Part shown: positions 50,268 to 59,300 of the stretch, in pieces
How positions within the stretch are numbered: the first letter of the stretch is position 1
Layout: each line of letters starts with the position of its first letter
Origin: Candidatus Krumholzibacteriota bacterium
GTDB taxonomy: Bacteria; Krumholzibacteriota; Krumholzibacteriia; LZORAL124-64-63
NCBI GenBank assembly: GCA_024277025.1
Contig: JAJRWA010000067.1
Location: 504-64,503 of the forward strand
Length of the DNA stretch: 64,000 bases
Reading direction: 5' to 3'
Notes under the pieces: model-generated
The model's database searches: none
Seen by the model: the letters and a program-made list of their open reading frames with translations, nothing else
Told to the model about the DNA's origin: nothing
Made by a program: the position numbers and the translations under genes

Positions 50268-51992
50268 TTGATGGACGCCCAGGAAGATGGGGCCGCATCG
50301 GTCAGCGATCTGGTCCTGTGTCAGGTGCTGGAAAAGCTGGCCCAGGTCCAGATCCAGTTGGGGCAATTCGACGACGCGCTGCTGACCGTCTTTGAACTCG
50401 AACGCCATGCAACGGGTTGCGAGGACCCGACGCTGGACAACTCGGTTGTGGCCTTGCGCAATCAGATCGAAGCCGGCTTGCTCGGCGGCGTCAACGACAC
50501 CGAGTCCCATCTGCAGGCGATTTCGGGTCTGCCCGGCCTTTTTGCCCAGGGCGGGCCGGCTGTGCCGCGCAATCTGGGGTCCGTGTTGGCCGCAGGTATG
50601 GAGCGAGTGCAGGCGGACAGCGGCTTCATCGCCATGATCAGTCACGATGGCCGGGGTCTCGCGACACATATCGCGGCCCGCAAGGGATTGACCGAGAATC
50701 TGAGCGAGCAGCTCTCCGGTTGGTTTGACGGCGAGCTTTCCAGCGGACGTCGCTCGGGCACGTGTTTCTTTTCCCGGTTGGATCCGGCTGATGATATTGT
50801 CATGGCCGTGCCGGCACTCCTGAGCGTTGCCGACAGTTGTGTCTTCATGCCGATCGCGCTGCACGACCAGCGCTTTGGCCTGCTCTGCCTGGCCAAGTCC
50901 GGTGTCGGCGCCGGTGGTTCGGCCTTTGATCGGGCCAGCCTTGATTTCCTGGCGACCTATATGGGATTCCTGGCGCTCTTCCTCTATGAAAAGGGGCGCG
51001 GCGCCACTGACGAAACTGTGCATACTCCCTTCGAGCGGATCGAGAGCTTCGAGAACATCATCACCCAGAACAGCAAGATGCTTGATGTTCTGGGCCTGGC
51101 GCGCAAGGTGGCGCCCAGTGATTTGACGGTCTTGCTCAGCGGTGAGACCGGAACGGGCAAGGGTTTGCTGGCCTACTCGATCCACGCCTTGAGCAAGCGG
51201 GCTGGCCGGAAGTTCCTCTCCATCAATTGTGCGGCGATCCCCGAAGCGCTGCTGGAGTCCGAGCTGTTCGGCCACAAGCGCGGCAGCTTCACCGGGGCGC
51301 ACAGCGACAAGAAGGGGTTGCTGGCCGAGGCTGAAGGCGGCACCGTATTTCTTGATGAAGTAGGCAAGATGCCCTTCAGCATGCAGGGCAAGTTGCTGCA
51401 TTTCATGGACACCAAGATTGTGCGCCCGGTCGGCGGCAACGTCGAAGTGCCGGTGGATGTGCGGATTGTTTGTGCTTCCAAGGCCGATTTGCATCAGATG
51501 GCCATGGAGGGGAAGTTCCTCGAGGATCTCTATTACCGGCTGCTGGATTTCCCGCTGGTGATGCCGCCGTTGCGCGAGCGTCCCGATGATGTCGAGTTGC
51601 TGACCCGGCATTTCGTCGAACGCTTCAGTATGGAGTTGGCTGGCGAGGTGCCGGCTCTGGATCGGGGTTTCCTGGATTGTCTGGTGCAGCACAGCTGGCC
51701 GGGTAATGTGCGGGAATTGGAGAAGACGCTGCGGCGGGCCATTGTGCTGGCCCAGGGTGATGGTGTTTTGCGTCCCGAGCATTTGCCGGAGCAGATTGCC
51801 GGCACGCCGGATGCGGTGCCCAGTGGTGAGGTGGCCCCGTTGAAGGAGACTTTGGCCGGTATCGAGTGCCGTGAGATCAGGCGCGCTCTCGAGATTTCCG
51901 GTGGCAACAAGTCCCAGGCTTCCCGGGTGTTGAAGATCAGCTATCCGAATCTGTTGAAAAAGATCCGTCACTACGGGATCGTGAAGGACTGA
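50268..51992 (+). CDS. Sigma54-dependent transcriptional activator with a GAF sensor domain (NifA-like: GAF + AAA+ + HTH)
   Basis: GAF region (…MISHDGRGL…HDQRFGLLCL…). AAA+ Walker A GETGTGKG. ESELFGHKRGSFTGA (GAFTGA motif). C-terminal Fis-type HTH. The true N-terminus is probably upstream (see the in-frame TAG). Confidence 0.8.
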   Translation: MMDAQEDGAASVSDLVLCQVLEKLAQVQIQLGQFDDALLTVFELERHATGCEDPTLDNSVVALRNQIEAGLLGGVNDTESHLQAISGLPGLFAQGGPAVPRNLGSVLAAGMERVQADSGFIAMISHDGRGLATHIAARKGLTENLSEQLSGWFDGELSSGRRSGTCFFSRLDPADDIVMAVPALLSVADSCVFMPIALHDQRFGLLCLAKSGVGAGGSAFDRASLDFLATYMGFLALFLYEKGRGATDETVHTPFERIESFENIITQNSKMLDVLGLARKVAPSDLTVLLSGETGTGKGLLAYSIHALSKRAGRKFLSINCAAIPEALLESELFGHKRGSFTGAHSDKKGLLAEAEGGTVFLDEVGKMPFSMQGKLLHFMDTKIVRPVGGNVEVPVDVRIVCASKADLHQMAMEGKFLEDLYYRLLDFPLVMPPLRERPDDVELLTRHFVERFSMELAGEVPALDRGFLDCLVQHSWPGNVRELEKTLRRAIVLAQGDGVLRPEHLPEQIAGTPDAVPSGEVAPLKETLAGIECREIRRALEISGGNKSQASRVLKISYPNLLKKIRHYGIVKD

Positions 51993-52058
51993 TCCGGCCC
52001 GGGGATGGATGTATTAAGTCCCGTGTGGGGACTTGGTTTGTGCATAGCAAAAGTTTAT

Positions 52059-52097
52059 AACGCAACTTGTTCCAGTACAGCAGGTTGCGTTTTTTTA
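52059..52097 (+). terminator. Rho-independent terminator after the sigma54 activator gene
   Basis: AACGCAAC-loop-GTTGCGTT followed by T7. Confidence 0.6.
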
Positions 52098-52227
52098 GGA
52101 ATACCTGTTAATAAAGTTAATAGTAAATTGAGACAGTGGTGATTGCTGGCGTCTTTCAGTTGAACGGGTTGCCTTGTAAGTCGGTATTATGAAGCCTGTT
52201 ATAGAAATTCCAGCCGTTTTGGTCAAG

Positions 52228-52244
52228 TTGGTACGGGCCCTGCT
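52228..52244 (+). promoter_or_regulatory. Candidate sigma54 promoter (-24 TGGTAC / -12 CTGC) inside the low-GC intergenic island
   Basis: TTGGTACGggccCTGCTT has a 10-nt spacing between GG and GC as in TGGCAC-N5-TTGC, and the same -12 CTGC variant as the strong promoter at 52895. Confidence 0.35.
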
Positions 52245-52255
52245 TATGCAGGAGC

Positions 52256-52590
52256 GAAGGGGCGAGTTACAGGGAACCTCTTCGAACTTGATTGATCTTT
52301 GACATTCGTGTTTTCGGGAGAGGCGAGGTTGTTTCCCTCATTTTGCTTACCGGCATGGGGGGAAGTTCTCAACAAGAAGGTTGTCAAAAGGATTGTGAAG
52401 AGGTGGGGTCTGATCAGTCGTTTTTTGGCGGCGAGAGAGAATCTGCAACCTTTTCTCCCGAAACACGAATTTCAAGGAACACTCAGGACATACAGTTCTG
52501 GATCTCTCACCGGAGATCATAAAAAGAGCCCTTACTGATCTTGAAAAGGCGAGATTCAAGGTCAGGCTGCCGCAAGGCGGGGCTCTTTTT
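52256..52590 (+). ncRNA. Candidate structured small RNA (about 300 nt), unknown family, defined by promoter, long closing helix and terminator
   Basis: Low-GC (about 47%) non-coding stretch. 5' arm ATTCGTGTTTTCGGGAGAG-gcg-AGGTTG (52304-52331) pairs with CAACCT-ttt-TCTCCCGAAACACGAAT (52446-52470). Internal hairpins. The 3' end at 52521-52590 is AAAAAGAGCCC…GGGGCTCTTTTT with an inner CCGCaagGCGG hairpin. The ORFs here have atypical low-GC codon usage. Confidence 0.3.
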
Positions 52591-52894
52591 CCATGCCTGG
52601 AACTCAGGCCGCCCGGGCCGTGAAACCAGGGAATCACCAGGCTTTGTTCCGTCTCTTTTTGGATAATCTGTCCTGCAATTCACACAGCCACCAGCGAAAA
52701 AAGGACAGCCAGGATCCGGTCGATGGTGACGCGCGACCGCTTGCTGCCGGCAGGTGTTGGCGTGTGCAGTGACGCCTGGAGTTTTCCAACATGCGTAATT
52801 GTAGCGAGTTAGCTGGTTGCTGGCCCGTGGCCGTCGGCTATGGTCTCCCGTAGTTCTGATCTGACTGAACCATGACTGCCGGCTCGACCGAGGG

Positions 52895-52909
52895 TGGCAC
52901 AAAGTCTGC
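52895..52909 (+). promoter_or_regulatory. Strong sigma54 promoter TGGCAC-N5-CTGC about 45 nt upstream of the lipoprotein gene
   Basis: agggTGGCACaaagtCTGCg: the -24 element is perfect, the -12 element is CTGC, and spacing is canonical. Predicted TSS is about 52921. Confidence 0.5.
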
Positions 52910-52951
52910 GTTAGTCACGTAGCGAACGTGGTATTGACAGGAGGCGATTTC

Positions 52952-54019
52952 ATGAGCAAAGCCAATGAACTCCGAAGGGCGAACGATACGCGACTCAGGA
53001 CGGCCTCCGTGTGGGCCGTTCCCGCGGGCGGTTTCGGAGCGAAATTGACGAGCAGGCTTCTGGTGGCCCTGGTCTTGTCCTTGCTGGTGGCGTTGGCCGG
53101 TTGCGAGTCCGACGAGGACTGTATCAACTGCGTCGACTTGCCGCCTCCTGTCGTACCCACGGGTGTGCACAGTATCAGTGGCAACAATGAAGTGATTGTC
53201 CAGTGGATCGACATCGCCTACGCCCCTTACGACGACAGCTACAACGAAAACGTAACCACCTATTTCATCTACAGCCGATTCTACGAGAACGGCGATGAGT
53301 TTGATCCGGACCGCGAATTCTTCTTCATCGGTGAAGTGGCCTGGAACGAGAACTATGACGGCAGCACCGGGCTGCACTGGTTCTATGACACCGAAGCGGT
53401 CAACGGCGAGCAGTACGAATACGCCGTGGCCGCCGTCAATGCCGCTGGACGGCAGAGTGCCCTGAGTTTCGAATTTGTCGCCGATGCGCCGTTGCCGATG
53501 AGTCCGCTCGACGGGCAGGGCTGGTTCCTGCCCGTCGAGGTCTTCGATGGCAACGGTCCGAGTGTCAATCTCTCGGCCTTCAATTTCCGCACGGCAGGAT
53601 TGAATCCGACGGTGCTGACCGCGGGCCGCGTCAGCCCGGCCGCCCCTCACCATATCAGGATCAGTATCGAGGGCGGTATTGCCTACGCGCTGGCCGAGGT
53701 CGCGTCCACGAGGATTCAGGACTTCGGCTCGTTCAGTGACGGCAACGGCAATGTGATCTTCGAGGGCGTTTCGTGGGCGCCGGCTGAGGGGTATTCGCGC
53801 ACCGGCAGGCTGGAACTGGTTGAAGGCCATGTCTATGTCGCGGAAATCATCGATCCGGTGACCAGCGAGTTGCATTACGCCAAGTTCGGCATCAACGCGA
53901 TCAACGCCGGTTCGGTCGAGCTCATCTGGGCCTACCAGCTGATTCCCGGGTTGCCGGAACTCAAAATGCCGAACCCGGGCGGCGATCCCGGGGTCAAGCC
54001 GCAAGTGATAAAGCTCTAG
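52952..54019 (+). CDS. Lipoprotein with a fibronectin-III/Ig-like beta-sandwich region (hypothetical)
   Basis: GACAGGAGG RBS. Signal peptide plus lipobox LAGC. FN3-like segment (…EYAVAAVNAAGRQS…). Confidence 0.6.
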   Translation: MSKANELRRANDTRLRTASVWAVPAGGFGAKLTSRLLVALVLSLLVALAGCESDEDCINCVDLPPPVVPTGVHSISGNNEVIVQWIDIAYAPYDDSYNENVTTYFIYSRFYENGDEFDPDREFFFIGEVAWNENYDGSTGLHWFYDTEAVNGEQYEYAVAAVNAAGRQSALSFEFVADAPLPMSPLDGQGWFLPVEVFDGNGPSVNLSAFNFRTAGLNPTVLTAGRVSPAAPHHIRISIEGGIAYALAEVASTRIQDFGSFSDGNGNVIFEGVSWAPAEGYSRTGRLELVEGHVYVAEIIDPVTSELHYAKFGINAINAGSVELIWAYQLIPGLPELKMPNPGGDPGVKPQVIKL

Positions 54020-54064
54020 GACCGTGTCCTGGAAGAGAACGAGACAGGAAAGGAGAGTGAAGCC

Positions 54065-56029
54065 ATGACCCGCACATCGAATTACAACCCGACACTGAAC
54101 TCCCTGAGGAATCGGGGAGGGATGGGCTTCGCGCTGGCTGCCGTTTGGGCTCTCCTGTTCACCATTGCGCCGGGACCTGCCCGGGGCCAGGATTACGAAG
54201 TGGGCGGCCGCAGTGACTATCAGGCGGAAAAGACAGTGGCTGACTACACGAGCCAGGCCCAGCAGGCCGCTGGTAACGACTTCGACTACCAGGCCAACCC
54301 CTTGCGGGTCGAGGTCTGGGTCGACAAGCCCGCCGGCGAGGTCTATCGCAAGGGCGAGGAGATCCGGGTGGGCGTGCAGACCAACGAAGACGCCTACGCT
54401 GTCGTGTACCGAATTGATTCCGAGGGCCTGGTGACGATTCTCTGGCCCCGGAGCCGCTTCGACGACGGCTTCCTCTTTGGTGGCCATGAGTATTCCCTGC
54501 CGGTGACGGGCGGGCGCAGCCTGCGGGTGTCGACGCAGGAAGGGGAGGGTATTGTTGAAGCGATCGTCTCGCGCTATCCCTTCGACCTGCGGGCCCTGGA
54601 ACTGGATTTTCATCACGAGAGCACGAACGAGCGCTACGATTTTGCGGTGGCCGGTGACCCTTTCCTGGCCATGAACGAGGTCAACTATGCGGTGACCGGG
54701 CTGGAGGATTCGGCGGAATTCGTGGTGACCAATTATGTCAGCTACTATGTCCACCAGCAGGTGGATCATCCGCGCTACCTGTGCAGTCAGTGCCATATCG
54801 ACGATGGTCTGGCGACTGATCCCTACGGGGAGACCTGCACGCTGGACATCCAGTACGACTACTCCTGGTACAACAGCTGGTACGACCGCTACGGTTACTA
54901 TCCCGTCTACGGCAATCCGGTCTATGTGTATATCGATCCCTGGACCTACAACCCCTGGGTCAACTACTGGTACACGCCCTACTACAGCAGCGCGCCGTGG
55001 TACGGCTGGGGCTGGGGCTGGGGCGTGTCCTACATCTGGGGCTATTCGCCCTACTACTGGGGCAACAGCGTGACGGCCTACAACAGTGGCTACCAGCGCT
55101 ATCGTCCGCTGGACCGGTCGGGACTGGACGGCGGCCGCGGCGGTTCGGTGACCAAGACCAGGGAGTATTCGCGTGGCTCGGAAATGGTGCGCAAGAGTGG
55201 GCCTTCCGAGAGTGAACGCGGTTCGATGAAAGCACGTACCCGAACGGACAGAAGCTCCCGGGACCGGACGACGGTTGCCGGCCGCAGCACCGGTGGCCGG
55301 GATCCGAATTACCGGGGTGCGCCGGCCGAATCCCGTTCGCGGGGCTCCGCAGGCCAGGTGGCCACGACCGGGCGCAGCCAGAGCGGATTGCGAATTCGTG
55401 AGAGCGGGCGTGGCTCCGGCACGACGAGAACGCGGACGTCGGCCACGACGACGTCACGCCGGCATACGGCGGCCGGTGAAGGCCGGCGCGCTGGACTCGT
55501 GCCCGTGAGCCGGGGATCCTCTTTTGACAATGAAACCTGGCGGGGCACCAGCCGGGTCGGTGGTCGCAGCACCACGACAGTCGGCCGCAGCGGCCGGACA
55601 GGATCGGGCTCCGGCCGCAGCAACAGCCCGGCCGCCTCGGCCAACAACCGCACCCGAAGTTCGAGTGGCGGGAAGGCCGTGCAGCCGCGGAAACGCAGCA
55701 CCCGGGTGTGGAACGCGACCGGCAGCCGCTCCGGCTCGAGTCAGAACTCGCGGCGGTCCCGGTCCAGTGCGGTGAACAACCGCAGTACCGGCGGCCGCAG
55801 CGGCAACAGTGCCACGAGCGTCAAGCGCACGAGATCTTCGGGCAGCAAGTCGAGCGGTGGCAAGTCGTCCGGTGGCCGGTCCAGTGGTGTCAAACGCAGT
55901 GGCGGGTCCCGGGGCGGCAGCAGCGCCGGACGCACAGGCGGTGGCTCCCGGGGCGGCAGTTCCGGCGGTGGCCGGTCGTCAGGCGGTTCCCGGAGTTCCG
56001 GCGGCCGCAGCAGTTCGTCACGTCGCTAG
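54065..56029 (+). CDS. Exported DUF4384-domain protein with an aromatic (W/Y)-rich segment and an Arg/Ser/Gly/Thr-rich disordered C-terminal tail of about 300 aa
   Basis: AAGGAGAG RBS. Signal peptide. DUF4384-like block (…VWVDKPAGEVYRKGEEIRVGVQTNEDAYAVVYRIDSEGLVTILWP…). CSQCH motif. A 90-aa stretch at about 40% W+Y. Tail made of RS, SG and RT repeats ending …GGRSSGGSRSSGGRSSSSRR. 45-nt gap to the upstream lipoprotein gene, so they are probably an operon. Confidence 0.7.
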   Translation: MTRTSNYNPTLNSLRNRGGMGFALAAVWALLFTIAPGPARGQDYEVGGRSDYQAEKTVADYTSQAQQAAGNDFDYQANPLRVEVWVDKPAGEVYRKGEEIRVGVQTNEDAYAVVYRIDSEGLVTILWPRSRFDDGFLFGGHEYSLPVTGGRSLRVSTQEGEGIVEAIVSRYPFDLRALELDFHHESTNERYDFAVAGDPFLAMNEVNYAVTGLEDSAEFVVTNYVSYYVHQQVDHPRYLCSQCHIDDGLATDPYGETCTLDIQYDYSWYNSWYDRYGYYPVYGNPVYVYIDPWTYNPWVNYWYTPYYSSAPWYGWGWGWGVSYIWGYSPYYWGNSVTAYNSGYQRYRPLDRSGLDGGRGGSVTKTREYSRGSEMVRKSGPSESERGSMKARTRTDRSSRDRTTVAGRSTGGRDPNYRGAPAESRSRGSAGQVATTGRSQSGLRIRESGRGSGTTRTRTSATTTSRRHTAAGEGRRAGLVPVSRGSSFDNETWRGTSRVGGRSTTTVGRSGRTGSGSGRSNSPAASANNRTRSSSGGKAVQPRKRSTRVWNATGSRSGSSQNSRRSRSSAVNNRSTGGRSGNSATSVKRTRSSGSKSSGGKSSGGRSSGVKRSGGSRGGSSAGRTGGGSRGGSSGGGRSSGGSRSSGGRSSSSRR

Positions 56030-56252
56030 CGGCGTCAGGCGAGGAATTCAGATTGTGTTGGTGGTTTCCCCCCATCACCCGTCGGCCGGAGAGAGACCGG
56101 ATTCTCGAAGAGGTTGGCACCAAAACGGGAAGGGTAGCGAACCGACTGGACGGGGACACCGACACATCAATGGAGAGCCCGGCGGGGGAATGTCGATCAG
56201 GGGTGACAGGTACCGCGTCGGGCTCTCCGACTCTCCACAGATCAGCGCGTGA

Positions 56253-56281
56253 TTGACCGGGCTGCGGGCCCTGCCTATAAT
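56253..56281 (+). promoter_or_regulatory. Near-consensus sigma70 promoter TTGACC-N17-TATAAT upstream of the large CTD-bearing cargo gene
   Basis: -35 TTGACC at 56253-56258, -10 TATAAT at 56276-56281. Confidence 0.5.
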
Positions 56282-56349
56282 GCGCAGCGAATATGATCCC
56301 CCGAGTTTCCGGACCAGGCCGGTTTGATCCCTGAAAGGCCCATTGATTC

Positions 56350-59300
56350 ATGCGCATTATTCCCTTCGCCCTTTGGTTTAGCCTTGTTGCTGTCCACGGC
56401 GCGGTTCCTGCCACCGCCGGGACACCGGTGGTCTACGGGGCGGATGCTGCCGGTACCGCAGCGGTTGCCGGGCTGCAGGAACTCCTACGGGCGCAATCGG
56501 CCCCGCTGCGGGCTGATGCCGCGCGCGGTCGCCAGGCCAGTCGTCTGGCTGGCGAGAGGGCCCCCGACACGCTGAATGCCCTGGTCATGATGTGCGACTT
56601 CAGCGACAGTTTGATGCTCGGCCGTTACGGCCAGGTGCCGGGTGATTTCCCGCCGCCGATGCAGACCGATCGTCACTACGCCGCCCACGATTCGGTCTAC
56701 TTCGACCATATGTTGAGCAAGGTGTCCGACTACTTCACCACGGTCAGTGGTTCCCGGCTCACGATCAACTACACCATTCATCCCCGCACGATCAATCTGC
56801 CGCAACCCATGTGGTTCTATGGCAATCATCCGCAGGAAGGCGAGCAGACCATGCTGCTGGCCGCTCAGGTGGTCGACAGTCTGGGCACCGAGATCGACCT
56901 GTCCTTGTACGACACTTTTGTGCTGATGCACGCCGGTGCGGGTGAAGAAACCGACATCCTGGGCAACAGCCCCGAACAGATCTTCAGTACCTATCTCGAT
57001 CCGGACGATTTTGCGGCCGCAGTCGAGGACAGCATTCTGGAGCAGCCGTACCTGCCGGCGCCCGGTTTCCCGGCGGGAACCGGAATCGACCGTGTTCTGG
57101 TCCTGCCGGAGACGGAGCAGCAGGATCCGGTCGGGGGCTTCGGGGGCGGCTTTGGCAGCCTGGGTGTCTACTGCTTCGAGTTTGGGCTGCATCTGGGCAT
57201 GCTTTCGCTGAGCGATTTTACGCCTTCGGGTCGGCCGGACAGCCAGGGCATCGGCCAGTATGGCCTGATGGGGTACGGGCTGTTCGTCGGGCTGGGCTTC
57301 ATTCCGCCGCACCCCTGCGCCTACAACAAACTGCTGATGGGTTGGCTGGATCCCTACGAGGCCGACGCCCGGAGCGGCGGCACGTATAGGCTGACGCCGT
57401 CCGAGGCACCGAACCAGCCGTTGGCCTGCGCCCGGGTGAATCTCACCGGCCAGGAGTTCTGGCTGCTGGAATACCGCCTGCAGGATCCCAACGGGGATCG
57501 GCGCTATACATTCGGCGACGACAAGAACGGCAATGGGCTGCCTGATTTCTACGACATGGATTCCACTGTGGGTGGCGGCATTCCCACCGGCAAGTTCGAC
57601 GCGGCCACCGATTCCCTGGAGCGGGTCATCGAGGCCGAGTGGGACTTTGCCATGAGCGAGAACAGCGCGCGCGTCCTGGGCGAGTTGGGCTGGGGGAGCG
57701 GCGTCTATGTGTGGCACATCGACGAGGGCGTGATTGCGAGCGTGATTGATGCGCCGCGCAATCTCTTCAACGCCGACGCCGGGCGCAAGTCGGTGGACCT
57801 GGAAGAGGCCGACGGGATTCAGGACCTGGACTCCAACGAACCGTCGGCGTATATGCTGGGCGGCGATGATGACAGCTTTCGCGGCGAGTTCACGGCGGAT
57901 TTCACGCCGTCGACGCGCCCGAATACCGGAACCTCGAGCGGGGCCTACAGCGGAGTCGCCTTCAGGAATTTCAGCAATGTGGTGACCGACTCCTTCGTGG
58001 CGCCGCTGTACACCGATCCGGAGACCGGGATCACCTACTGGGCCTTCGAGTACGCTGATACCATGTCCTTTGATCTTCAGATTGAAACAGCTGCGGCCGG
58101 TGCGCCGGTGCTGCACGCGCGCCGGGATCTGGCGCCCGGAACGGACTTGCGCGGGTCCCATGTCCTGGTGGGCGATCTGGACCAACTGGGGGGCACTGAC
58201 GAGATCATTCTGGCCGGACATGCAGGCGAGGTTTTTGTGCTGGACGGGAATCTGGATGAATTCCTGGACCACGACGGTGATGCGGCCACCCTGGAGCCAT
58301 TCGTGGTCGGCACGCGCGGCGGGGCGCCGGTGGTGTGGAACCTGCCGCCGGCCCTGGGCGACATCGATGGCGATGGCGAGCCGGAAATCCTGCTGACCGG
58401 GGCCGGAGGGTTGTTCGCCTTCAAGCGGGACGGAACCGCAGTGCGCAACCCGGAACCGGGATCTTTCGGGCTCTATGCGGATGTCCCCGGCTGCGAATTG
58501 CCGCCGGTTCTGCTGGCCGATTCGCGATTCAGCCCAGAGGCGGATCCGGGTGCGAGGGTGCAGGCACTGGTCATGGAGCAGGGGCCGGGCGGCGCCCGAC
58601 TGTTGTTCCTGCGCGGGGCTGATGCCACGGAGATAGCCGCGGTAGACCTGGGTGACGGGGTCGTCAGGTCGGTGCCGCTGGCCCTGGATGACTATGTTGT
58701 GGTGGCCGTGGCCGATACCAGTGGGGCGAACAACCGCCTGGTGATCCTGGAGCGTACGGCGGATATTCTGCCGGCGATTCCATCCCGCCTGGACCTGGCT
58801 TTGTCCGGGATGCCCGGGCGGTTGCCGCTGCTGGCTGGTATCGCCCCCGGCAGTGATCCGGCCCAACCACTCTTTTTTGTGACCGTAATCGATACGGCCG
58901 GGCGTGGTGAGACCGTCTTCTTCGATAACAACCTGGTGGCGGCACGGGAGCCCAGCCTGTGGCCGGTCGACCTGGTGGTTGCAGCCCCTCTCGGTCTGGG
59001 CGGCGCCTTTGTGGGCCAGGATGTTCTGGGGCGGGTCGGCAACGGTGGCCATTGGCTGACCGGGTGGCCGCGACGGCCGCTGCAGGGCGACCTGGCCGGT
59101 GATTCACGGTGGCAGGGGCAGCCTCTGGTGGCCCAACTTGTTGGTTCGGTCCAGAATCTGGACCAGTTTATTTTTCCGACGCGGGATGGGCGCCTGTTCG
59201 CCACCGGCGGGCAGGGCGATGATGAGCCGGGCTGGCCGCTGGCCGGGCCGGCGGTCTCGGCCGGTACGCCGGCCTTTGGGCAACTGGTTGGCTCACCCGA

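Noticed and set aside
52292-52637. Small ORFs (76, 79 and 96 aa) inside the low-GC island.
   Set aside because: They have an atypical codon composition for this genome, no RBS and mutually overlapping frames. The region is better explained as a structured RNA or regulatory DNA.
55100-56029. Repetitive GGC/AGC/CGC-rich DNA that could be mistaken for a repeat array or CRISPR.
   Set aside because: It is in-frame coding sequence for the Arg/Ser/Gly tail. There are no regular repeat-spacer units and no cas genes.
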